64,000 nt of DNA from assembly GCA_026129095.1 (NCBI GenBank), contig JAHCIT010000002.1, forward strand, positions 62,001 through 126,000. Reading direction: 5' to 3'. Each line of letters starts with the position of its first letter. Position 1 is the first letter of the stretch. A model generated the notes under the pieces. The model searched no databases and was not told where the DNA came from. It was given only the letters and a program-made list of their open reading frames with translations. The stretch is from Deltaproteobacteria bacterium (GTDB lineage Bacteria; JAGRBM01; JAHCIT01). Of this stretch, positions 1 to 12,000 are shown in pieces. The position numbers were made by a program, and so were the translations under genes.

Positions 1-3000
1 GGTCAGCTGGTCCATGGACTGCAGCGGCGTCGACGTGCGCGGCACCTGGTTGTTCACGATGAAGGCGTAGTCTTCACGTGCAATCAGGTCGGCAAGGCCG
101 TCGAACAGCGCCGCGTTGACGCCGTTCAGGTTGCCCAGCGTCACCACACCGTCAGCGGCGGTGAAGCCGATGCGGAAGCGGCGGTCGGTGTAGCCGGCGG
201 GCGTGCCAGCCACTTCGGGATCACCACTGGCGCCATCGGTGCAGGCCTCCAGCAGCGATCCGGCGGGGAACCCGGCAGGCGGCGAGCAGTCGAAGACGAT
301 GTTGTCGACTTCAGTGCTCGGGCAGTTGGTCACACAGGCTGCCACAGCGGGATCGTCAAATACCGACATCCACGGCGCGCCGCCGCCGAATGTCGTGTCG
401 AACACACCCGCCAGGGCCGCATCGCCAATGGTGCCGTTGCGGTTCAGGTCGTCAGTGATGAGCGGATCGTACCGGTTCTCGTCATCCTCACGCACAATCC
501 GCGGATTGACCGAGGCCGAACCCGGAATCAGCGCCTGGATGTCGGCGAACAGGGCGTCGGCGATGGTCACGCCGGTCGTGTATTCCTGTCCGCAGAACTC
601 GCGGTCGATGGCACCCGAGCCGCAGCCGGGGGCGTTGCCGAGATCTGTCGGATCGATCGGGCCCGTTCCCGACACCGGATCGTTGTCCAGTGCGTAGAGC
701 TGGGAGCCGATGATGCCGGAGATGAACGGCAGCGCGCCGATAACCTTCGACTCCGCATCGCCAGCGAGCAGGACCGACAGGCTGCTGAACAGATCCTCGC
801 GGAGGATCGGCTGCAGCGGCCGCTCGACCAGCACGCCACGGTCGCGGAAGACCGCCTGCGGGTTGAAGTCGACGCAGGCGTCGTAAGTCACTGCCGCATT
901 GACGCCACGGTCAAAGTCAGCCGTCGCCGTATTACAGTCGGTCGGGTCTTCGATCAGGGTATTGATGAAGTTGCCCACCACGTCGAGGCCGGACCGGTAG
1001 AAGTCACCGGCGCCAGTCGGCGTGTCGATGATGTCGCGCTGGGCGAGACCCACCTGGACCGAGAGGATGTTGTCGATCGTGCGGTCGTGACCGGACGGCG
1101 TTACCACCGTGTCGGTATCGGTCGCAATGTCACGGACGAGCCGAAGCGCCTGGCCCAGGTAGTTCTGGGTGTTGAAGGGGTGTTCAATCCCGTCACGCAC
1201 CGAACCCATCAGGTTCGCCAGCAGATCCTGCATGGCAACCAGCTTGTTGCGGTAGCGTTTGTTGTTCAGCGACTCGGCATTGTCGAACGTCGGCTGCGTG
1301 CTGCTGCCGTCCGTGTAGTCGATCGCCTGCTCGAAGTCGTCCAGAACACCCAGGATCGTGCGGACGAGCGCCTGAGTCGGACCCTCGTAGATGCCGTCGA
1401 CTGCCGTGGCGCCAGCGAGGATCACCCGCTGCTGGCCAGCAGCGTACGTGCCGGGCACGTACGGACGGCTGTCGTAGAGGAGACCGCTCTCATCACCGTT
1501 GTTCGAACGTGCCGAACGGGAGATGATGTTCGCCAGCGCGAGACCGTCGATCTCGAGACCGTGGAGCGTGTTGTTGTCGTCCACGACCGTGCTCTTCGTG
1601 TCACGCGCAGCGGGGGGTACCAGATCGGTCTGCTCGGTGAGGATCTGGATGCCCGGAATGAGCTGCCGGATCAGGTCCGTCTGGATGAACTGCGTCAGGA
1701 CGCTGAACAGGAGCCGCGGATCATCCGAGAACCCTTCGCGCGAGTGGCCCGGGAGCACCGCATTGGCGCCCAGCTCGCCGTCACGTCCGTCGCGGTCACC
1801 CAGCGTGCCGAGCAGTCCGGAGAGCGCCAGGAGCTGGTAGTCAACCGCGTCGTTGATGGCGTTGCCGTCGCAACCGGGGATACCGGTGTTCGAGCAGTCG
1901 GCACCAGCCGGGGTCGGCCAGCCGGACGCATCCACGAAGTTCGGGTAACGGTCGTAACGGTCCTCACGGCCCTGGACAATGAAGTCGTCGAGACCGATCG
2001 CCGCCGGAACCCCGGTAACCGTGATGGTATCGGTACCAGGATCATAGGCCGTCACGTAGGTTGTCACGCCGGTGTTCGCGCCGCTCGTGAAGGTGATGGC
2101 ACGGCCAAGGAGGTCGGTGTCTGCCGGATAGGTGCCGTTGATGCCCGTCACCACAAAGGTGTCGAACGGAGCCGCACCGTCACCCGTCGTGACGGTCTCG
2201 GTTACCGAATCCAGCGTTGGCACACCGGTAGCCGCCGTCAGCCGGGCGAACAGGGTCGTCACCGCCGACAGGGCGCTCCGGGTCGGGCCGTCGTTCAGCA
2301 TCCGCTGGACCGGGCCTTCTTCGGTCTCCTCGAAGCCGTTGGCGCCGAAGATCAGGTTCTCGGCCATCGAGCGGTTGTTCTCGTTGTCCGGGTTCGGCTG
2401 CACCACGAAGGTAATGAGGCCCACCGCACGGTCGAAGAAGCTGTAGTCGGCTTCAGCACCACCGCCCGTATCCACGGCGTTCACGCCACGGTGCAGGTGG
2501 TCCAGCGTGCGGAGCAGCAGGTCCATGCGCGAATCGCGGAAGGGGTTCACCGGCAGCGGCGTCGGGCCGCCGAAGCTGGAGAGCGCGAGGCCAAGGCCCT
2601 CGCCGCCGATCACGTCGCCGCCCACGCAGCCGTTGTAGGGCTCGCGCATCTGGCGCACACGGTACGAGCAGCTCTGGTCGCCGAAGAGACGCACCGAGCC
2701 ACCGGTGGGATCATCGGCCACATCCAGTCCGGTCACCGTGAAGGTGATCGGGCCCGGACCGGCTGTGTTGGCCGTAATGGTCGCCACGTCGCCAGCGGAC
2801 ACCGATACGTCGGTGGAATCCGTGACGAAGACAAGCTGCTGGCCGGCAAACGCATCCACGCCGATGCTGGCAAGCGAGCCGTCGCCGGCGCCAACCACGA
2901 TGGTCACATCCGTGCCGCCAGTCACCGCATAGCGCCGCTGGTTGCAGTTGAGCGCCATGTAGCCCTGGATATTGTCGTAGGCCGTCAGGAACGGTGCCGA

Positions 3001-6000
3001 CACGTCGTTCTGGAACGTCACGCAGTTGCGGAGCGTGCCATCAGCCGCGCAGTCGTTCGTCGCCACGAGATCCGGGGCAGTCGTACCCGGCCGGGCGGTC
3101 AGAGGGGCACAGGCCTCGTCATATCCGCCGGGCTGGTCGGCGCCACGGGTCTCGATGCAGAGGAACGCGCCCGGGCCCACGCCGCCAGCATTGAAGTTGG
3201 TCGTGGAGGGCGGAAGCGCCTCGCTGTAGATGGCGCCCCAGTTGCGGGCCTCGGCCTGGCCCACGTCACCGGCGTTGTCGTCCGATCCGGTGAGGGCAAG
3301 GTCATTGCCCGCCATCAGCACGCCCACGTTCACCGACGAGAGCGTGACCGCGTAGCGGTTGCCGGCAACCGGCGCCGCGGACAGCGCGTCAAAGGTGAAC
3401 AGGTATTCGGTACCCGCCGCCAGCGCGTAGTTGGTGATCCGGCGGGTTTCCCCTGCTGCCGGACCATCCAGGAAGGTGATGAGGCCGCCTGTGTAGAAGC
3501 CCGCCGTGGTGGAGAGCGTCGTCAGGGCCGTATCGCCACGGACCGTCGTGGTCGCGTTGTCGGCGCCCAGAGCCTCCGCTTCCTCGCGGGCCGGATTCTG
3601 GTCCAGCGGGCCGCCCGTGAAGCCGCGGCCGATGCCGTTGACGTCCGGAGTGGCCGGGCAGTAGGCGACGCCGCCTGCACCCTCCGGGGTCTCCGTGACC
3701 AGCGTGCGGTTGGTGCCGTCGTTGTTGCCCGACGCACCACGCGCACCCGAGAAGGCATCCAGGAGGATGAGCGTCAGGTCTTCGCTGGACTTGAGCAGCT
3801 CGCCGCCCTTGATGTCGCGGCCGTTGGCGCCGGGCGCGTCATCCACGCCGCAGGCGCGAACCGCACGCAGCAGGTCGAGGATCTGCTGGGCAAGGCCCGA
3901 TGCGCCGAGCGCCTGGACAACCGGGATGATGTCGTCGATCACGCCATCGGGCGCCGGGTTGCCGTCACCATCCGGATCGGCCAGCGCGCGCGCGGCGGCC
4001 GTCGAACGGGTGATGTCCTGCGGGTCCGGCACGGTCAGCGTGCCGTTGATCGGCTGGATGTCCTCGGCGATCTTCAGCGTGAGGAGGAGGATGTAGTTCA
4101 CCGCGTCGGTGGCCGACATGACGGCGATCTGTTCCAGCGCCTCGCGCACGACGGACTGCTCGAACCGGATCAGGCCGCCGCCCGAACCGATGGCGAACGG
4201 GGCGTCGAGGATCATGGCCAGGTCAATACCGAGCCGCGAAACCGACAGGAGCCGCTCGTCGGTGCCGTTCGGGTAGCCGTTGTTCACGTAGCAGCCGCCC
4301 TTGCGGGTCAGCGTGTCGCCCTGGGCGGGATCACATTCGGCGAAGATCGAGTTGATCCGGTCCTGGCTGTCGTAGCCGAAGCGGAGCGCCGTGTTGATCA
4401 CTTCCGGCAGGATGTCGAGGGCCGCCTGGTCCACGGCAATGCCGTCGCCACCGTTCGGGCCGCGGTTGCCGCCGCAGTTGTACGCACCCACCGGGTTGCC
4501 GGGGTAGTCGTCGATGTCGTCGGCGCCGCCGGGGCCGATGTCATTGGCCTCGAAATACTGCGTGTTCGGATCGTCGAACAGGCCGTCGATCAGCACACGG
4601 ACGTACTGCCGGTTGTCGCCGGGGTTGAACGAGCCGCAGGTGTTGTCGCGGAAGTTCTGGTGGCGCGGATCCTTCGGAGCCGTCTCCACGAGCTGCGCGA
4701 CCACGTTGAGGAGCACCTCGATCGGCGTGCGGCCGGCGAAGTAGGCCTCGCTGCAGGCCTTGGTATTGACCGAGGTGCCGTCAGCCGAGACGTTCTCCTG
4801 GACCGGCGAGGACTTGCCCACGCGGGTCAGCAGCACGTTCAGCGCGTCGGTCGTGTAGTCGAGCGACGTGCGGAACTGGGCCGGGTCGTTGTCCAGGTTC
4901 GGGTCGATGGTGGCGCCGCCCAGCTCGGTGATCACGCGCAGGATCGGCGGGTTCACCGTGTAGGGGTTCGGCGGCTGGTCCGCGAAGCCCGTGTTGCGGA
5001 CGTTGTTCACGTAGTCGAACGCGGTCAGGTCGCTCACGTTCGTGCCCGGGTCGAGGATATCCGCCAGGCGGTCGATCACGTCTTCCAGCCGGTTGTCGCG
5101 GAGCACCAGTTCGATCGCCGGGAGGAGCTTCTCCAGGACCGACTGCTGCACGCCGAAGGTGAACGGCGGGAAGGGGATGCCGCGCGGATTGTCATCCGGG
5201 TCGTCCGAGATCGCATGGAGCAGCGGGAAGACCGCCGTCAGCACGCTGTTGACGGTGGTTGTCGCGCCGTTCTTCAGCGTGATCGTCTGGTTCGGCAGCG
5301 ACACGCCGTTCGGCCCCATGATGTAGGTGGACCGCATCAGCAGGTTCATGCGCGAGTTCTGCCGGTCGTCGGGGCTGGTGAGCAGCTCGTAGTCCGGATT
5401 CGGGATGGCGGCCAGGGGCTCTGCCATCAGGCCGGTGCTGCCAATCTCGTCGCTCAGGAGGTCGCGGGTGATGAAGCTGACAGCTTCCAGCACCGTGGCG
5501 CCACGCGGGGCGAGCGGGTTCGTCGCTTCACGCGGATATTCGCTGATCGCGGCGCGCACGAGGTTCAGCAGGCGGCTGATGAACTCGACGCCGTCGGCCG
5601 GGTTGTCGTTGTCCGACAGTTCGTAGATGAGGTCCATCATGCCCTGGAGGCTCGGCGCATCCTGGATGTCGGCCAGCGTGTTCGGGCAGATACCGGTCGC
5701 CGGGCAGACCAGCGAGTAGCGGTCGGCGGCCGTCGGGTAGGAGCCGACATAGGAGGGATCATTGAAGTCTTCCTGCGGGTTCGCCATGGACTCCTCGATG
5801 AGGTGCATCAGCGACGAGATCACTTCCCGCTCGCCGAAGCGGCCATCGTTGTCGAGGTCCATGAACAGCAGGTGGTCGGCCAGATCGAAGATCGGCTCCA
5901 TCGAGGGACCCTGCGGCGGAACCACGCGGAACGCGCAGCCCGCGCCTTCGCAGCCGCCCACGCTTGTGCAGGCGGTGGAGAGGAGCTGGTTTACGGTGTA

Positions 6001-9000
6001 GGCGTCACCCGCACCGGACACCGCACAGGGACCGGGCACGCAGCCGGCTGCAAAGGTAAACTCACCGGTCACATCGTCGAAGGACGTCACGGTAGCGGTC
6101 TGGAGGACGTTCACTCCGCTCAGGATCCGTAGCGTCTGGCCGGTGTAGAGGGCCGGGTCATGGCCAATCGTCGTCGAGTCTTCCAGTGTCGTTGCGGTGA
6201 TGCCGCCGTCTTCCGTTGACGTGTACACGCCGCGGAAGGGCTCGGTCTGGATCTGCGTGTCACTGTTGACAACCGTCACGCGGGCACGGCCGCCGGCGCA
6301 GGCTCCGGTGACGATCTCGATGTAGTCACCCGGCTGTGTATTGATGAAGGAGTCTTCCTCGCCGGGGTTCGACACCGGGAGGAATCCGCCCGTGGCCGAA
6401 TCACACACGCTTTCGCCGGCCACCGGCACCGGGTTGATGATGAGGTCGATGCCCGACACCCGCGCATTGAGCGTGTTCGTGTCGGCAACGGTCACGTCGG
6501 TCGCCCGCATGCGGAGCGACTGCTTGCTGTCGAGGGCGTTCTTCACCATCGGCAGCGTGTTCTTCACGGTGCCCGGATCGTCGTAGCAGTTGTACTGGTT
6601 CACGCCCACGTTGCATGGCGTGGCGGCCTCGGCCGGGTCACGCATGATCTCCTCGAGGAAGATCGAGGAAAGCGTTGCATCGCCCGGATCGGTACGCGGA
6701 CCAGCCGGGAAGTTCTCGCGTGCACGCGGATTGATGATCGCCTGATCGTCCAGCAGCGGCAGGAGGTCGTCCAGCACGCCGTTGTCGAGCAGGATGCGTC
6801 CCACGTTCGCCAGGATCACGACCGTCGAATCGGACGGACCGGTTCCGTCCACATCCTGCAGCAGGGTGCCGAGGACGATGGCGAAGTCGGTGCGGGAATC
6901 CAGGTAGAACGCCTGCCGCGGGTTCGAGGCGACGGTATCATTCGGCGCGCCGAGCAGCAGCGAGGTGTGGAAGTTCAGGTTGTACAGCACGCCTGAGTTG
7001 GAGAGCTGGTCCAGCGTCAGGGTGCGAAGTTCGGTCGGGTCGCTGATGAGGCTCACCACGGCCGGGTTGGACGAGATGATGCCCAGGGCGCCCGAGAGCA
7101 GGCGGTCAACCGCCGACTCGACGATGTTGAACTGGACCGCCGCCACGGAGCTGCGGCCCACGCGGTCGTTGGCGGCCACTTCAACACGGTAGGCCATGTC
7201 CTGGCCGGGACGGCACTGGTCGTCGCCGTCGGCGTGGTTGTCACCGCACGAGAGGTCAACATCCAGCGGCCGGGCCGGGACATCGCCGGTGAGCAGCGCC
7301 GCCTGGGCCTGGCCGAGGCTGGTCTGCGTGGCCAGAAGCGACTGCGCCGCGCCAGCGGTGTTCTCGCTGTTGCCGGTCAGCCGGTCGGCGAAGATCCGGT
7401 AGTCGCCGCGCTGGTGGGCGGTAACGTTGTCCTCGTCTTCGCCGTTGTTGTCCAGGCGGGTCACCGCGATGAACGAGCGGTGCTGCGCCGGCAGCGTGGA
7501 CGAGGAGCCGAGGAACAGGGTCTGGTCGGTCATGAACACGATCGGGTTGGCCGCGACCGAATCCTGGTTGTTCACGACGCCCTGGATCACGATCGCCGGC
7601 GGGAGCGTGTCGCGGATGACGGCGAACGGCACCACGGTCTGGTTGCCCGACAGCGGGTCGTTCGGGTCGCTCAGCACCGAGTCAATGGCGATGAACAGGT
7701 AGCTGTTGATGCCCTCGACCGGCACGGAGAGGCTCGGTGCGCTCCACACATAGGCGGACTGCACGAACATGCCCAGCGCATCGGCCGGGAGCGGCTTGTC
7801 GAGGGTCAGGTCGAACGGGGCAAGACCTTCGCAGAAGGTGCCCGTCACGTCCAGCGCCTCGCAGGCGGTAATGCGGAACAGGCCGACGTTCGGGGACTGG
7901 CTGCCCTGCAGCGACGAGAGCGAGATGAAGTCGCCCGGCCGCAGGTTGTCGGTCACGAACACGTCGTCGGCGATCGAGATCACCGAGCTGCCGTTGCCGC
8001 CGGCGACTGCCAGCGTCAGGAAATCACGCGCCGGGTTGCCCGTACCGTTGCCGTCAGCCGGCATCAGGTCGCCCGAAACCTTCACGATCGTCGGGTCGGC
8101 GCCCAGGTATACGGTCGGGGGCAGCGCATCCAGCGAGAGCGTGCGGCCCTGCAGGAAGATGCGGTCGCTGCGCACCGTGCGGAAGTCGAGCTGCGGCATC
8201 ACGCCGGCGCCCAGCGTGTCGAGCGCGCCCACCGAACGGTAGTTGCGGCCGTCGCCGTGGCGCAGGACGAGCTGCGCGTCGGTATCGAGGTCGCAGGCCG
8301 CGGCTGTCGTCGTCACACTGAACAGGCCGGTAGCGGCAACATAGTCAGTGACCGTGAGCACAAGACCTACCGCGCAGGTGCCCGTCGCGCCGGCGTCTTC
8401 CACCGTCAGCGTTCCGCCCACGTAGGCGTCATCCACCGTGGAGAGCCCGGCGACAGCGCCGGTATCAACGTCAACCGGGTTGGTCGGGACGGTCGAAAGC
8501 GCATCCAGCGTGTCAACCATCGTCGCCGTGCCCGTGGCAGCGTCATAGTGGCCGAAGCTGGCCAGCGTGAAGATGTCACCCGGAGCTGGGGCCGGGCTGA
8601 ATGCCGGAGTCACGGTGAAGGTGGAGGTACCGGCATTGTAGGCCGTTACCGTGCGTGTCTGGCCGACGGCAAGGCCGTCGGTGAAGGTGATGAGATCACC
8701 CACATGGAAGAAGTCCGACGCCGTGCTGATGGAAACCGAAGCCGGGCCCTCCACGGCCCCGGCACCTGTGCCCGCTCCGGACACGAGGCCGGTCGTCACG
8801 GTCGGTCCCTGCTCACCCACGAAGTCGCCGAAGCGGCCGCCGGGGTTGGCGCTGTTGTTCATGTCGAGCGAGCGCACGACGATCGGGGTGTTCGGGTTCG
8901 ACGAGTTGGCGTCGTTCTCGCACATGATCGCACGCGGCGGTGTGTTGCCGTCAGCCGTGGCGCTCGTGACGAGAGCGGGGGTGTCTTCCACCACGCAGTC

Positions 9001-12000
9001 AATGGCGAAGTGCGGGGGCGTATTGATATTGCCCTCGAACTGCCGGACCGAGAAGCTGAAGGAGGTCGTGTTGCCCGCCTGGTCCCAGGCCGTCACGGTG
9101 AAGTTCGTGAGCGCGCCTGTGCGGAGCGAGATGTTCCCATAGCGGAAGAAGCCGTTGTCCACGCCGGCATCGCCGTCGGTATAGGGGACGGGGTTTCCGT
9201 GCTCATCGAGGCTTCCCGCACCCGGGCTGGCGAACGAGTCGTAGTTGTTGTCCGACTGGACGCGGACCAGCGTGCGGCCGGCCGCTTCCGTGTCGAACGC
9301 GGTGGTGGTCGAGGTGTAGTCGATCACATGGCCGCCCACCGACACTGTCGGGCTGAAGCTCGTGAAGCTTCCGCCGCCGGCAGGGGCGTCGGCCGGGAGC
9401 ACGAACACGGGCCGGCTGCAGAAGTTGCCCGGCGGCGGAGCCGTGCAGTCAATGCTGGCGGCCGCCTCGTAGCGGGTGGTGTCATAGGCCGGATCCTGCG
9501 AATCGGCGATCAGGATCGGCGGCGTCACGTCGCGCACCACTTGCAAATTGGCCGTGGCGGCGCCGTCAACAATTTCGCAGCGGTCGGGCGTCGTGTCGCC
9601 CGGCACGATGGCCGAGCAGGCCAGCGGATTTCCGAGGAGGGCCGTCTGGGCGATGTCGCTGGTCAGGTTGCCCGAGCCATCGGTCGCCTGGATGTCGAAT
9701 ACCGTGCCGCCCTCGGCGATCGGTATGGTCGCCGTAAAGCAGAGCGAGGAGTGGCCGCTCATCACGAGGTCCGTGAAGGAGGGATTGCACTCGCCGCCGC
9801 TGTACTGGCCGACAACGATGTTGGCGTTGCTGGACTTGATGCGTCCCACGAAACCCAGCAGCGCGCTCGGATCCGAGCCGCCGAAGGTAAAGACCGGGCC
9901 CAGGGCCCCGGCCGTGAGATCATAGGCGCCCGTGCCGGTGGAGCCGGCGTCGTGCATCGCCTTGAAGAAGGCCGAGCGGCCCGACTGGCCGGCCATCGCC
10001 ACCGGAACACCGTCGTTCGCGGGCTCGAAGAGCCGCTGGCCGTCGTTGGTGTTGACCAGGGTGAACTGGTCGGCCACCGAGATGTCGTTCGTGAAACCGG
10101 GCGACACCACGATCGTCCGGGTGGCCGCCGTGTAGCTGATGATCTGGCGGGTCTCGCCGGCGTTCGCGCCGGTCGTGAAGGTGACCGTGCCGGCGGTGTA
10201 GAACTGGTTCAGCGTGTTGTTCAGCGTCGTGGCATCGAACGTCGTCCGGGGGTTGGCGCCGACGGCGGCAACCGGTTCGACCAGAGTCGTTGGGCCCGCG
10301 GCGAGCGAGGCGCGCACGAAGAGCTGCGCGACCGGGTGGGTGTTGACGAGGCTCACCACCTCGGCGGCGCGGAGCGTGGTTCCACCGGTGCCACGGTTGA
10401 TAATGACCGTGACATTCACCGGGTTGACGCCAACCTGGGTCACCGTGACGCCCGGAGTGGCGCCATCAAGAATCTGGGTCGAAACCGCGTAGCCGGTGGC
10501 CGCGTCGCTGCCGCTCAGCACGTTTTCGAACAGGATGTCGTTGCGTCCGCCAGCGCCGTCGGCCGAATTGACCTGCCGGCTTCCGCGGGAGCCCTCGTTC
10601 ACGAACTCGACGATCTCGTCCGCCGTCGTTCCGGCGGGGGCCTCGATCGTGAGGTTCACGCCGTCATCGGCGGTCACATCAAGCGCAACGCCGTCCTGGA
10701 TGTCAATTTCAACGCCGTTGGCCGCGGCACCGGCGGTGCGGGCGTAGAACCGGATCGCCGTATTGGCTACCGGAACACCCGTGCCGTCAATGTCTTCATA
10801 GACGGCCGTCGCCAGGGTCGGGTCTATCGCCGACTGGCTGCGGGTGATGACCGCCGAACGGGTCTGGATGGCGCCGGTCACCTGGTTCACGCCGCGGACG
10901 GTGATCTGGGCAATGTCGCTGCCGATACCCGGAATGAGCGCGCCCTCGGTAGCCGGATTCAGGGGGAGCGAGCCGGGAGGCGGAGGATTGATCAGGCCGT
11001 CAACGGCCGCCGTCACAGCGGCGAGCCCACCGAACGGGATCGCCTGCACGAACCGGCGGGCCACCGGGTGGCTCGCCACGGCCGCCGCCACAGCAAGCTG
11101 CGTGGTGGTGCCGGCATCGTAGTTGATGTTGATAATCAGGTCGTTGTCGTCACCAGCTGCCGGGGCATCCGGGCCGCCGATGTAGTTGGCCGGCCACTCG
11201 GCAATCGTCACGCCGAGGGTGCCGGTGTCGGTAAACTGGATGCGGATCCGGTTGGAGGCCGCACCCGACTGGGCGGTCACGAACGCCAGATCGTCGTTCA
11301 GGTTGAACGGAATGCTGTCAGCGCCGGTGAAGATGATCACCGCCGGACGGCCTTCTTCGATCGTGCCGGTGACGACGGCCGAGTTGGCCGAGGCGAACCG
11401 GACATCCTCGATCACCACGTTGCCGCCGGTCTCGCGCGGGCGAAGCGCCTGCACGTCGGCGTGGGCAATCAGGTACTGGGCGGCCGACGAATCGGCCGGA
11501 ACGGACGCGGTGAGACCCAGAAGACTCGGCGAGACCGCCGCGCCACCCTGCCGGATCAGCAGCGTGTCGCCAGCGGCAACAGCGGCCGGGAACGCCGGGG
11601 AAACGGTCAGGGTTCCCAGTGTCGTGTCCGAGGCGACGATCGTGCGCGTGACGCCAACGTTGGCAGCCGTGCCGGTCTGCCCCGTCACCGTGCCGCCGAC
11701 GAGGATGCCGTCGGAAGGCATGCTGGAGAGCAGTGTATCGGCATCCACGATCACCGTGGCGCTGGAACCCACATCGGCCTCAACGGACTTCTCGACAGAC
11801 ACGCCCGCGATCACGCGCGTGCGGCCGTTGTTGCCATCCGACAGGAACGTGATGAGGTCATTGCCCTGCACGTTGCGGGAGACGAAGTTCTGGCTGCCGG
11901 CCGTCACCACCGGGAGACCGGAGGTGGTGCTCAGGTCGTCGAAGTTCTGAAGGTAGCCGATCGGGCCGTAGGGGAGCTGCCGCGGAATGCCGCCCGTGAC

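Noticed and set aside
1087-6132. 1681-aa plus-strand ORF
   Set aside because: In-register antisense shadow of paralog A; Arg/Val/His-rich with no recognisable motifs.
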